Shown: positions 1-12,712 of the stretch, piece by piece
Layout: each line of letters begins with the position of its first letter
Numbering within the stretch: the first letter of the stretch is position 1
NCBI GenBank assembly: GCA_051362555.1
Contig: CM120640.1
Location: 15,686,001 to 15,750,000 of the forward strand
Length of the DNA stretch: 64,000 nucleotides
Direction: 5' to 3'
Source: Lingula anatina
Taxonomy: Eukaryota; Animalia; Brachiopoda
Made by a program: the position numbers and the translations under genes
The notes under the pieces: model-generated
Seen by the model: the letters and a program-made list of their open reading frames with translations, nothing else
The model's database searches: none
Told to the model about the DNA's origin: nothing

Positions 1-118
1 TACTTATTAAATAGTTATGTATTCAATTACTTGTGTTTAGTTTCTCTCTCTTGCCTCTGAAGGAACTGGTAGCCACTTTAAAATCTCATGGAATCTCGCG
101 GTTGAAGGTGATTGTAGG

Positions 119-371
119 ATAATTGAAAATTAAACGAGACTTACATGTAAGTTGAAGTTTGAGATAGATTATCCTACAATCACCGGAGACTGAGAGATTA
201 CATGCCCACCACTGCCCTCCCATTATAACAGGCTACCAGCTCCTTCACTTTAAAATGTGCCTACTGCGCGTGCGCTGCTATATCTCATGTAATCTCTCAG
301 TCTCCGGTGATTGTAGGATAATCTATCTCAAACTTCAACTTACAGGTAAGTCTCGTTTAATTTTCAATTAT
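119..371. mobile_element. Small foldback/MITE-like element with ~85-bp inverted arms
   Basis: 119-204 (ataattgaaaattaaacgagac...gagattacatg) is the near-perfect reverse complement of 286-371, with an ~80-bp spacer. No clear TSD. Confidence 0.7.
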
Positions 372-557
372 TCAACGTTAACACCCCCCGACTGAATGGT
401 TGACGCAAAGTGAAATCGAGGCTTAACAAACACACAGTTCTCAGAGCTTTGACAAAGTGAAACCAAATATATATTTTGTTGTATTTGTTCACTGATCTAA
501 TAAGGCAATTGGTTTGTTATGACACTCCATCATTACTAGTTGCGTCAACTGGTCAAC

Positions 558-1150
558 ATGCCTAAATTTGGACGCTCAGGGCCTAAACAAGCTCAAAAAT
601 TAGGTCGGAGATATGGTTTTTTCCGTTGTCCAGACTGCAATGGTCACTGGGAAAGCTCTCATGTTTATGTCGACAAATTAACAAGAGAGGTGAGTGACTA
701 TGTTCGTTTCGTTTTATGAACTTACTTTGATTGTTTTGACGTAGTTGGGGTCGATATCTGTTTATAAGTTAGAATTGAGTCATGTGTAGCACCTTGGCGC
801 AGCCATCATGAACTGTATCTTGAGTTATAGGCCTATCTCTACTGAATGTTGTGATTTGTGTTAAACTCGCTCTTTTTTTAAAAAAAGTTTTTTTCCACTG
901 AATTATGGGTGTAGGCCAATATTATTTTCAGGTCGCTTACAAACAAAAATGTAAGAAGTGCAACATCGAGTGCAGCCCATATCGCGTAGAAACACTGACG
1001 TGTTCCCTGTGTGGTTTGCAGGGAAGCGACTGCACATGTACCAAGGAAGACAAGATGGAGCGACATGGGGACAAGACGAAAGCGCACCGCAGTGATCTCT
1101 GCATGAAATGCCGTTCCGGGAGAAAATGTTTCTCCTCTCGCCCTTACTGA
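558..1150 (+). CDS. ZAR1-like 3CxxC zinc-finger protein, ~116 aa, 2 exons (558-689, 932-1150)
   Basis: Spliced translation is MPKFGRSGPKQAQKLGRRYGFFRCPDCNGHWESSHVYVDKLTRE|VAYKQKCKKCNIECSPYRVETLTCSLC...HRSDLCMKC. It matches the ZAR1 C-terminal pattern YGyyhCxxC..WES..KQxCxxC..PYRVE..CxxC..CxC..HRxDLCxxC. The intron is a phase-0 GTGAGT...TTTCAG. Confidence 0.85.
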
Positions 1151-1431
1151 TGCTTTGAGTAGGCCTACATACATATGTACATACATGGGGCTGTTAAATG
1201 ATACATAGATACATGGAACTGTTAAACGACTCACAGACGGCTTATTCATAAAGTAATTTTGTCACGGAAAACCTATTGTTCAGCAAATGAAAATTTTAAC
1301 TCCTTAATATAGATGTGAAATGCAAACATTAAAAGACAAGCTATCCATTTGCCTCAGCGTTATTGTATTGTTGGATCTGCGCGTGCGTCTCCTCCGTAAA
1401 ATTGGCCGAACTCTGTGGCAGACGACCAGTT

Positions 1432-1608
1432 CACAGAATCAGAATCAGAAGTTTTTTGACTATCGCCCTACATCCGGGCATGATCAAATACAAATACAAG
1501 AAGTAATCCGCAGAGTGATTACCATATACAGTTTGATATACATTATATAATGTCTAGACTAAAGCAGGGAAAGTACATGTACTACTCAATAAAGATCAAT
1601 ATAGGAAT

Positions 1609-1647
<39 letters not shown>

Positions 1648-1990
1648 GATTCAACTAGAATAGGCTACACTAAACCTTATATTAAACTAACTATTATTTG
1701 GGGGGATATGAAAACTGCATCATCAGTTAATCTAGGTTTTATTCAGCATGGATGCAATTTTCATATCCCTAGCTTTAAAACAATCATAAAGAAAATTAGT
1801 TGTGCATTACATCACAGCAACAGCGTAGCAATCACTTGTTTCTTTACCAATAATTTCACTCGTTTCAATGTCATCTTAAAATTTGCGTTAGCATGTTTGT
1901 TAAAATCTACAAATAAAGGATGATTTCTGTGGCCTTTTATCGAGTTGTCGTTCGCAGCATTAAGAAATATTGGCGGAATTCCAACCCAAG
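1432..1990 (-). mobile_element. Possible degraded 3' end of a LINE
   Basis: Short (CAGAAT)n run at ~1432-1450, i.e. (ATTCTG)n on the minus strand like L2/CR1-type tails, and an A-run at 1614-1645. No RT motif recognised. Confidence 0.25.
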
Positions 1991-2190
1991 ATTAGGGTTG
2001 CATCCTTTTTCTTCAACAACGCTGATCCTTTCTGCTGGCCAATAGGGGGAGTCGCTGTTCCTGATGTCAAACGCAACCCATCTGTTTATTTACGACTACA
2101 GTGTATGTACCTAGCCTTGGAAATAACCATTACTCCGTGAGACAAAGCGTGCATCTCGGTGTTTCTTCTTAAATGCTACGAGTGCTACAC

Positions 2191-3165
2191 CAGGCCTTCC
2201 CAACTACCAGACTCGGCACCTACGGGTCCAGAATAAACCGGTATATCTGACCACACTACCCGTTTTCAAGGTGTGTGTCAGATCGCATAAAAGAGTATCA
2301 TACCCTATCACAAATTCTGTAAGCCTACTTGTCATCCGGGTATCACGCCTCGTTTTCGTCAAGTAGGAGTCGTATGAATAGAACAGATGACTCCCCCAAT
2401 CAGGGGGTGGAAACGCGCTACTTATATGATTAAGACGAGCCTAGCCGTCAGTACCGGTTATTGTTTTGTGACCTTGAGGAGCAATTAGGTTTGGTCGTTG
2501 CGGCACGCATGAACAGTAGTTGAACTACCACACCTGGGTCTTTTGTTTTTGACAACTGTTCACTCGTCATCGAGGCGCTTGTTCAAGACTACAGGCTGAT
2601 ATCTACTAGTACTACCAGTGGCTTCATTCCCACATTCATTCTTCGTTCCCACAATACTTAAGTTTTCTGTCCGTGCATACAAACCCTGAAAAAGGACAGC
2701 CTCGCTGACGAGAACAATAGACGTTTCTCACCCCTCTCTAGGATTACCCCTGCCCTCAATCTCGTCCATCCCGGTAGTCATGAAAATAATTTAACCCCCG
2801 ACAGAATATGCTTCTGCTATCAAAATTAAGTCTACTTTTCTAAATTAATATATAAGTTTGCAAGTTCTTTTTTACAAAACATCATTGGCTATGTCCGAAC
2901 CTAAATTTTATGTTAAAAATTGCGGTACTGTCAGATTTTAGCATAAACAGAGAAAATTGCAGCAGCGCATGAATCTAGATGAGATGCACTACTTTCCAAC
3001 CCCGATTAGGATCATTGCTATCACATCGCGCACCAGGCAAAATCGGTGTGGTGGCTGATACTCTGTAATGCGATCTGACACACACCTTGAAAACGGGTAG
3101 TGTGGTCAGATAAACCGGTTTATACTGGACCCGTAGGTGCTGAGTCTGGTAGTTGGGAAGGCCTG
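2191..3165. mobile_element. Non-autonomous DNA transposon, 975 bp, ~98-bp TIRs, 5-bp TSD
   Basis: TIRs 2191-2288 (CAGGCCTTCCCAACTACCAGACTC...) and 3068-3165 (...GAGTCTGGTAGTTGGGAAGGCCTG). Direct repeat TACAC at 2186-2190 and 3166-3170. No internal ORF. Confidence 0.9.
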
Positions 3166-4213
3166 TACACTGTTTCGGGTGTCAATAAATTTATGCCAGT
3201 ACTTTGCCCTTTGAATGGTTCACTTACCTTGTATCATATTTTGATTTCACAAAAGAGTTAAAACAGGAAATTGAAGTGGGGCTACCCCCAGCAGTTTATG
3301 TTGTTAAAGAAAAGATACTCATGTACCTTCCAAGTTCGTGACCGTGCCATTGCTGCCTATCGGGTGGAGCAATATATGACGTTTGTATAACAAGAGGCTG
3401 AGGGAGTGCACGGTGTATCATTCATTGTAAATCTCTACACCTGTTACTGGCAGGCTCATTCACCTTAACTTGACATCTTCAGTTTTTAATTTTTTTGAAC
3501 AGATATAAGATTAATATTATTTGCATCAATAAATATTTTACCAATCTTAGTCATGTTTGCCGTGGATTGAGTATCGATTACTTTAATGTTTATTTAACAA
3601 AAAAAGTGTTATAAAGGTCATACGAGTGAATAGGTCCAATGTTTTTAAATTCAGCTGATACGGTGGATTATATAAATCTTATAACAATGAAAAATTTCAA
3701 ATGACTTCGTATTACGCAATTTCTTATTGTTGTGTCACCAAATAAAGTTCTGTATTTGTAAAATGAAATGACGTCGAAATCGCCATAATGGACGCTGCTC
3801 AAAACGACAGTTTACTTTCTTCCTTTGTTTCCAAACAAGTTTGCTAGTTTAACCATGGTAAACACTTTTAAATATAGTATTTGCCGAACTGTATACTAGG
3901 ATCAAAGAACATCAGAATTACGAAACATATCCCAACACTGAACTTCACATGTTGTTGAGACAAACTATGTTCAATTAAAACTGTAATGATTATACGCAGA
4001 AGCGCGACGAGATATTATTTACTTAAGTGATGTGTCGTTTCCTAGTCAATCACGGTTGTACTAAAGAGAATTTTCAAAAGATGGCCCTGTCACTAATGGA
4101 ACTGCCATATACAATTTTACTCGAGAAGCACCGATTGTGCACCAGTTGTTCTATTCGATAGACTGGCGTAGTACACCCTCTCATATCAGGGCCCCACTAA
4201 AAATACTGTATAA

Positions 4214-4216
<3 letters not shown>

Positions 4217-4267
<51 letters not shown>
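4217..4267. repeat. (TA)n microsatellite
   Basis: Directly visible. Confidence 0.95.
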
Positions 4268-4270
<3 letters not shown>

Positions 4271-5121
4271 GTAACAGACTACTAGCGCACTATGTGGTCA
4301 AAGAGAAGGTGTATTATTATGCTACATTTCTATAAACTTGGAACGGTGCTCTTTCGTTGATCAGTTCTGTAACAATGCAGGCCATGTGTTTTCAATCGTT
4401 TGAATCTTTTTATTCAAGTTTATATTTCTTAAACTACCTATTACTTATAAAATAAAAAAAATGCAACTTTTCTAATTAATGAAAGGCGACAATAGATTTT
4501 TATTGTGTATGAACATGTTAATTTTAGATGTACATGTAGGGCAACATGTAAAGATGTTTATAAGTTTTTCCCACTGTTGAATGTACACCATAATATTAGA
4601 CTTAAAATGTTTGTAAAAATCGGTTCCAAAGAGATTAAGCGTGTTTACTATGTATAAAGCAACGGACCTTGTCGCTCCCTCGATGATAGCCAAAAAGTAG
4701 AAACAATTCAATTTTACAATCGTTATACAAAAGAAAAAACTTATTTCGCCATGTATGAATATTGTAAATATCTGTGTATATCTCTACAAATTGAAAAAGG
4801 TACTGGCAAAGAAGTAATATAACAAAAAAGCTTGAATAAATAAAAGCGCCCATTTCCTATCAGCTGGATGGGTTTTTACGAAACAGACGATAATGTTCAC
4901 ATTTAGCACCGGTTACTGTTTTCATTTTACCTGAGAATCCAAGAAAAATAACATTATTTGACCAGAAGCGGAAACAATGTATAAATTGGCATTTTTAACA
5001 AATTAAGAAGAAATCTCCTTTCGTCAATAAACAACAGATTCTTTGCTAAGGCTATTTACTAATCGCTCTCTTCTAGCCAAATACTTTTCTCTTGGAAAAA
5101 AGAAACAATCCTTCTACTCTG

Positions 5122-6189
5122 TCAAGATGTTTTCTTTACTTCATGATCCTCCGCCTCTGCATCGGCTAAAGAATTCAGCGTCCTGTTAAACACGTTAAAG
5201 TTTTTCCAAGCAGAGCCGGGCAATGGGGGTTCCATCAGTTTTGGTTCCTCGCGCTGAACTAAAGTATCTCTTAAAGGTTCTTCAGGTTCGTGCAGAGGGA
5301 CCCTAAATGCGTTCCAAGCGTGCACGATATGTGTCACTCGGGAGACTAGATCTGGTAACGACACGCACTTTCCCTGATGGTGAAAAACTTCGAGGTCGCT
5401 GGAATTCCTTTCTTTTGGGTGTGGTGTAAGATCAAGTACGTTGCTCTGAGTGACAGCCATCCCGAATTTGCCCGCGTTATTTTTCAAAGGTCTAGTTCGT
5501 TTTCGTGGAGTGTCTGTTAGTGATACTCCAAATACAGTCGCCGCCCTGGTAAACTGAAATCTGGGTTTTGGAAAAGAAATAGTCCTTGCTGGGGACGTCG
5601 GGGCACTTCGTGAGGTCTTGATTTTAATGTCAAAATCAAATTCTCCATGGTCTTCTTGATCATGTTCATCATCAGTATGAATTTGTTCCCCTTCCTGTTT
5701 CATATCCCGAAGCTTTGTTATAATATTCGCAAGTAAGGGCGTCGGTTTTTTCGATTCACTTTCATTTGAAGGCGGATTTTGAACTTTACGGAACTGATGC
5801 ATCCTTGCATTTCGTGCCCTAGCAATAATTTTTTGTTTCCACTTGTTCGTTGTTTCTCTCTCTAGTCGAAAGGATGTCAGTCGTCTGTCGAACTCTTCTA
5901 AACTGATGCTGGGTAGGTGATGGTTTTGTAGCGTTTTATACGCGTCTTTCTGTTCGGCAGACAAACCCATCGGACAAATCGCTCTCTGGTGTCCGTTCCT
6001 TCTCATTTCTTTCAGCTCTAGATTTAAAAATCGTCTTTGCATTCCCAATTTCCCAGCCTTCATTTCTTTCTCGTCCTCTATCTTGTGGATCTTTTGATCT
6101 AACTTCCGTTGTTCTCGCAAATTTCTAAACTTGGCTTCGTTCATGTATTTTGATGTGAAGAGAGTAGGTGGTACTTCCGTCTCCTCCAT
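5122..6189 (-). CDS. Uncharacterised 355-aa protein with N-terminal coiled coil, single coding exon
   Basis: Long ORF in AT-rich DNA with raised GC. Splice acceptor (ttttttag) at ~6228 just upstream of the ATG. Charged heptad-like N-terminus (EAKFRNLREQRKLDQKIHKIEDEK), loosely like CCDC190-type proteins (unverified). Confidence 0.75.
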   Translation of the reverse strand: MEETEVPPTLFTSKYMNEAKFRNLREQRKLDQKIHKIEDEKEMKAGKLGMQRRFLNLELKEMRRNGHQRAICPMGLSAEQKDAYKTLQNHHLPSISLEEFDRRLTSFRLERETTNKWKQKIIARARNARMHQFRKVQNPPSNESESKKPTPLLANIITKLRDMKQEGEQIHTDDEHDQEDHGEFDFDIKIKTSRSAPTSPARTISFPKPRFQFTRAATVFGVSLTDTPRKRTRPLKNNAGKFGMAVTQSNVLDLTPHPKERNSSDLEVFHHQGKCVSLPDLVSRVTHIVHAWNAFRVPLHEPEEPLRDTLVQREEPKLMEPPLPGSAWKNFNVFNRTLNSLADAEAEDHEVKKTS

Positions 6190-9100
6190 AGCTTCACCAG
6201 TATGCGGCTTCTAGGCGTTCACTGATTCTAAAAAATTGGAAAAATGATAGCAAAAAAAGATTGTTACTAAGATTAATTCAATATTAATTTATGTGCATTC
6301 TTCACCAAGATTCCCTAAATCACTGAACCTCTGAACAGATGCCATATGGTCAGCCAAAGGCAGAATGCAGTGAAATGCAACGTAACATCCTTAGAAGTGC
6401 AGGTGCACTTCTATTTAAATGTGAATCCACGTGTTGACATTGTAGTGTGCTTTCCCAAATTTAATGTATATATCGTGACGTAGCGGCATCTGATTTGTTT
6501 ACTCCAATAAACATCAAATTTGTTTACTTTGTCAATAACACAGAAATCATGTTTATAAATTTTGACTATTAGTTTGATCGATAAATTGTACAAAAACGTA
6601 ACTGAAACCACGCATTGTACTACACCAATTCTTATTCTCTATAGTGGCAACGAAAACAGCTTTTACTGACAATCATCAACTGTTAATGGTGTATTTACGT
6701 AACCCTAAAAGTAGGATGAACGTGAAATTTTCAATTAAATGCTTTACGTGAATACGTTTTTCGGGGACCCTGCATGCACCAAATAAGCAATTTTCCACAC
6801 ACAGCTCTAACAAATATCCCAGCCGCTTTACCAGATCACACCTTACACCTGACTACACACCCACTTCCGCGACTTTCGTATTGTGTGCCGTTAATTAGCC
6901 GTATCACTATTTTTAATATGCTTACACCTATGGCATAAGGGTACGGTACACGTGCCATGACTCATTAACTAGTTTGTTTGCGTTTAATACAGCATATCTA
7001 GTTTTCGAATTTGTTTGTATGTTTTAAAGCCCTGCTGTTCCATTCCATGGCCTGTGCTTGCGTTTTGTGACATGTGTTTCGTCTCCCAAGCGTCTGTGTT
7101 TTGTAGTGAATATATTCAGCTCAAGGCAATGATTTAACTACCACGCATTTAATAAACCACCTATGTATTCGCTGTAGTGATTTTATCTTAAATACATTTG
7201 CCTTTGATCAGTTTAAAACACGTTTTGTAACATACATGTATGAATTCGCTGTAATAATTTTATATCAAACTTAACATGCCTTTTATCAGTTTAAGACATG
7301 TTTGGTAACTTCCATGGCAAATTTGAAAAGGAAAATGATTCTGTTTCCTACTACGCCTCTCCACTAAAGTAAGGTTTTACTTTTTATCTTTTCACTTTAA
7401 AAATGCAGTGACTTGCATATATCAACAATAAGCTCGACATCATCTTTTTCCGTACCAAGGTAAAATATAACAAGGTAATTTTTAGAACTGAACTGCCACT
7501 GCACAAAACGTGGCCCTTACAATAAGCCCTAATGGTAACGAATGCGGTTGCCGCAAAGACAAAAAGTCGCCAGAGTTCTTATATTTGACATTCTATGCGG
7601 GTGTTTGAAGCACAAGGCATAGTGCAACCACCACATTTTAGTGCTGCTCGCAACAAAAGAAGATTAGAACACAGGGATAATAACAAAACCCCACTTTTGT
7701 CGTAATGCCTAGAATTATCTTGTTGATTCAGGATTTCGTTTCTACAGGCCCTAAATCATTGTCGCATTTTGGTTTGCCATGCCATCTTTTGTTCGTCCAG
7801 CTCGAGTGAAATCTTGTACATTGTATAACTGCTGGCAAACATGGAAATTTGTGATCAGTATACATTGTGTATTTGTTGGTTCTGCGTATCAGGTAGCAAA
7901 CTCAGCTGCCACCTCACGCTATTCTCCCCCCCAATGTAGTGGTATATTTTTATTGATTTTAATCACCATCAGCATACAGTAGGCCTATGTCCGTTTTCTT
8001 CTGAGTGGAACGACGACGTTCCGCCATCTCACCCGCTCTGATATAAATGTTTTTCGTAAAACTGTTCAATATCAATACTAAATTTTCATGTGATTGGCAA
8101 TCACCGGTGCGCTTAGCGTTTTCTTCTGATTCGATGAGCTTGATGCAATGACCATGTGCTGCTATGAATAGAGCATTTAGATTTACAACATGCCTTTTTG
8201 TTCTCTCCTTACCACTACCTGGAAGCGATGCCAAACTGATTGCTTCTCAATGTAATATTTGTTAAGTGTCTATTAGTTCCAGGCACATGGTCGATATTTG
8301 CATTTATTCCAATAGAAAACAAAGTCCAAATCAATATACAAATATTCCTGGTAAATACGGCAAGTAGCATCACCACAGTATCTATATCGCAAACAATCGG
8401 TCCAGAAATGAAACAGAATTTTGGATATGTTTGGCGAGTTGAAAAGGTAAATAATAATGATACTATAATGGTATAAAGCTAACGATTGAGAAATTGAAGT
8501 CAACATGTGTTGTATACCCCTCCATAGATTTTTGTATCTCTCATAAAATGACAAGATGACTAATATTATTTACTTTGTGATTCGAGCTCTTTAAATTTCT
8601 ACCATTAATGTAATGAAACAAAGTTATACATAGCTGTTAAACTACAGCAATAGGTCAGTGTGAGAAAATATTTCTTTTTAATGCTTCCTTAAAAGCTTAC
8701 TAGTTATAAATAAATGAATAAATATCTATCATTCTACTTCAACTAAACAATTAAAATATATCTTTAAATCTAATGGTAAATGAAAAGCAAATTTCAATGT
8801 CAAGCTGAAACATATTTCCCTAGATTCTTTTTTCCTGGGTATAGAGATTCCACAGGAGTCGGTTTCACTAAAATAACATAACCAATATGTTTTTGCCGGA
8901 TCACAGTGAAACAGAATACACAACAGAATACGCAAATGCAAACTAACTAATGAAATATGTAAATTTGCTTTGGAGTTTGTCGTTGGACAAAGACAGACTG
9001 CTTTACTTTACGTTTGGTCCATTAACTGAAGTTTGAATACAATACATCAAACTATGGCATGTTACCATTTGGTGAATAGTCAAACGTCTAAATTCACATT

Positions 9101-10487
9101 TCGCATAATCACAATTTTACCAAAAAATCTATCCTTAAAGATTTAAGAATTAATCTAAAAAGACGAAAGAGACAAAATATTAAACTCACCATATCTAAAG
9201 TCACACTTTTTTGCTTTAACGGTACTGGTTGTTTGTCATCTTCTATGTCCTTATTCACCGCCTTGGACACCACAATGTTGTATGCTCTGAGGTGCGTGCG
9301 TGTATAGTGCTGTCACAAGGTTAAATTCTTATTAAAAGGGAACCATCTATCTCATCCGTTACTAGCCCCAGAATAACTTGAGACCACAGAGGAGCAAAAC
9401 CGCTCTGCGGTGTTGGCAGTGTCATAATTTAAGTACAGTTTATTCTATATTGCGTGTCATGTTTTTACTCTTCTTAGTTGTCTTAAATACTTGTTTAAAT
9501 GCGCCCTATTTTATCAGTTTTGTATTTGATTTCACAGCATATGAGTAAATTTATGTTTGACAGCTTTTTTCCGTTAGACATGTTCTTAAAAATCAAATTT
9601 CACAAGAAGTGTTCTGAAACCGTTAGAGCCCCATTCGTTCATTGTTCAAAGGGAAATAATACCAATATTATCTCTTTATGACCCGTCTTCATTGGCTTTC
9701 AGCGAACACAAAGCTCAACTGACTGTAGCTAATATTGTTCCACGTATTTGTCCACTAACGCAAACATTTTGCACCGAGCGCACTAACGCACAAAGAGGTA
9801 ATGGACTAGAGCTTGCATTTGTAAAAACACAAAGATTATAGTTTGTTGTTATTAGTCGTCTTAAATTCGGGCTGAGCAAATAAAAATGTTATGTCAAAAT
9901 CGAGGGTTATTTGATAGCTGAACAAGTTCTTAGCTTGTGGAGCTTTATTATTTTCTTGTTGCCATTATTTTATCTTTTTTTTTCGCAATAAAAATATAGC
10001 TGTTTGGCTATGTTTGCTTGAGGTCTCAACTATATAATAAATTATTTTTTATTGATACCATGTCATTCCGAAAACTATTAAAAAGAGTCATTTAAATTCT
10101 ACTAACATTTTGCAGAGTTAATTACAAATTTTTTTGAAGAATAAATACAATTTGCCTCAAATGCTAGATGGATTTGAATTATTCACATCGATCAATTTTT
10201 CAGATTGAATGAAGTGGCCTATGCGGTTAGCACCAATAACTTCCTTTATTACGTTTTGACACGGGAACTTTTAAGTTACACAAACCTTTAAGTTTGCCTA
10301 GTGGGGAAATGATGGCGGATTACGCACTTTGTAACTTATGATCACAGTTATTTATTTATTTATTCATTAATAGTATTTGTGTTTTTCCTGATCTTGATCG
10401 TGCGCTTTCCCATCATTTCAGTTACCAGGTCGAATTTATATGCCTTAAAATTTGAGAAATTATCTTTCAAGAAATCCTCCTCACATA

Positions 10488-12147
10488 CAGGGTTACCACT
10501 TAATATGGAATATTTTTTATCATTGTTATTTTTGAGTGCTGATTAATTTTTTTTGGCTTGAGTCATTAAAAAAGTATGTCACAGAGTGATAATAACATCC
10601 AGTCTTCTGTTGTGAGATATTTTGGTCAATAATATTAAATCTGACATAAGATGCCATTCAAAAGAAAGGAACACCCCCAGAAAACCATATCAACAGTTTG
10701 ATGTCAGTATAAACTTTAAGATAAGATATTAAAGAAAATGATAGCCTCCGGACAGTGATATGTTACACAGTCAAAGAACTCACTACAGTAAATCATGGAA
10801 AGTCAGTAATTGCGGGTATGACCTCCAGCAGCCGCTTGCAGCGACCTCATTCTACATGGCATATCCTGTGACACGTTTTTTAGAGTTTGGGTGGGGATAT
10901 CATTCCACGCAGTGATATTTGCCTGTCGCAGTTCATCACTATTTACCGGCCGAGGACCATAGCTATTAATTCTGTGAGTTACTTTCGCCCACAGATTTTC
11001 AATTGGGCTCATATCTGGAGAGTTTGCAGGCCAGGGCAGTTGCTGAACCCATTGGTTTTGAAGAAAAACAGTGATTCTGCGACCTCGATGTGGGGTTGCG
11101 CAGTCGTCTTGGTACACAAAGTTGTTCCTGAAGATGAATCTTACCAATCGAAGCATTGTTTGCTGTAGAATGTCTCTGTAGGAATCCTGGATGAGATTGC
11201 TTCCTAAAAAAACCAACTGGTTCTGGGCACCGACATGAAATACTCCCCAAACAGAGACGTTACCATCCCCTGCTTGCACCCTAGGCAGTACACAATCATT
11301 GTTTTATGCCCCTCGTACACGTCGGTGGACACGGATTCGACGATCAACCCTAAAAAAATCCATATCTGGCCTTATCACTGAAAACAACGTGATTCCAGTG
11401 TTTTGGCTGCAAACGCACGTGGTCACCAGCCCTTTGCAGACGTCGCTGTATATGACCTGCTGTTAACAGTGGTTTCCCTACTGGCCTTCGTGCAAAATAA
11501 CCGGCTTGCAGAAATCTCTTGTTCACGTGGGACCTTGAAACGGGCGTTTGAATGACATTCTGCCTCTCTTTTCTGAGGACACTGGTTGTCTTTGTACGAC
11601 CAGCACGGCCTCCACTAAGGAGAAGGCGATCCTGTCTTCTTGGTGTGATACGCGGACACCCAGGTCGAGGTATTGGAGTAGGTGCCCCTGTAGCAGCATT
11701 TCTTTGGAGGACTTCACAAACGGTTCCTGATAAATGTTGATTTACCTGGCAATGGCTGTCCGTTTCTGGCCATTTTCTCTGAGAGCAAGAATCCCATAGT
11801 AAGCTGCGTTGCTTTGCTGTCGTACCATATCTTCACTAAGGTACCTGTCAAGTTTCAGAGCGATCCCTTTGTTGCTTCTCTAAACACGCTCCAAAGATTG
11901 ACCAAACCCATGCGTTTTTATACAAGGGCAGAAATTGCCGAAAAGACCACCCCTCACATTTCTGACCACAGAACATGCAACTGCATGCATCAATTGTTTC
12001 GAGAGTTATGTGGTAATTAGGTAACACATCTGGCTACACATGGAGTGACACCTCAGCTTTGGATTCAAAGTAGTTAGAGAGAAATTAAATATTTTGTAGA
12101 AAATTTATTCGCCAAAAAATAATATTCCATATTAAGTGGTAACCCTG
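10488..12147 (-). mobile_element. Full-length Tc1-family DNA transposon (1660 bp), decayed
   Basis: 27-bp TIRs CAGGGTTACCACTTAATATGGAATATT at both ends, TA TSD at 10486-87 and 12148-49, and an internal transposase remnant. Confidence 0.95.
10803..11828 (-). pseudogene. Tc1 transposase pseudogene (DD34E)
   Basis: Fragments read MVRQQ...IAR* / RPGCPRITPRRQDR / KPLL / WNHVVFSD / VWGVF / YQDDCATPH-WPANSPDMSPIENLW / GGHTRNY. There are 34 residues between the second D and the E. One in-frame stop and several frameshifts. Confidence 0.9.
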
Positions 12148-12687
12148 TAATGCTATTCCATTATAAAATACCTTAGTTTTTGGTCCCAAATTTCAACCAT
12201 CTGCCAATTAAAAAATAATTAAATTATTTTTAGACAAAGTGTTTGAGTTTAAAAAAGTATTTGAATAGCTATTATGGGTTATCGCCAGACATTAGAAGTG
12301 GAGTTGATTTTTGGACTCGCTTTTATCAACTGCCTGTAAACGAGGCTTAAATGCGTCAGAGGTACCCGGATTGTGCTCGAACAAAGCACCTAGCACATCT
12401 CTGATCTGTTTAGAGTTATCCGAGTCCAATCATGACGTTTCCGCAAAACCTTTCAGACTGCAAGGCCAACCAAGCACGTGTGACTTTTTAAAGAAACAAA
12501 CATATCAAATGAATAATGGTGTCATCGCACGGCGTATTTTAATATCTTAAAAAGCTTAACTTTGCGTGCTAAATAAAGTTGTTCCAAAATGCCTTATATT
12601 GCGTTCGCCAAGCAATGACTTGTTTGCAAACCAAAAAAAAAATATTGTCACTTAATAATGATTAGACTTGGCAACTGTCAACACATA

Positions 12688-12712
12688 CAGAGAGAGAGAG
12701 AGAGAGAGAGAG
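12688..12712. repeat. (AG)n microsatellite
   Basis: Directly visible. Confidence 0.9.
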
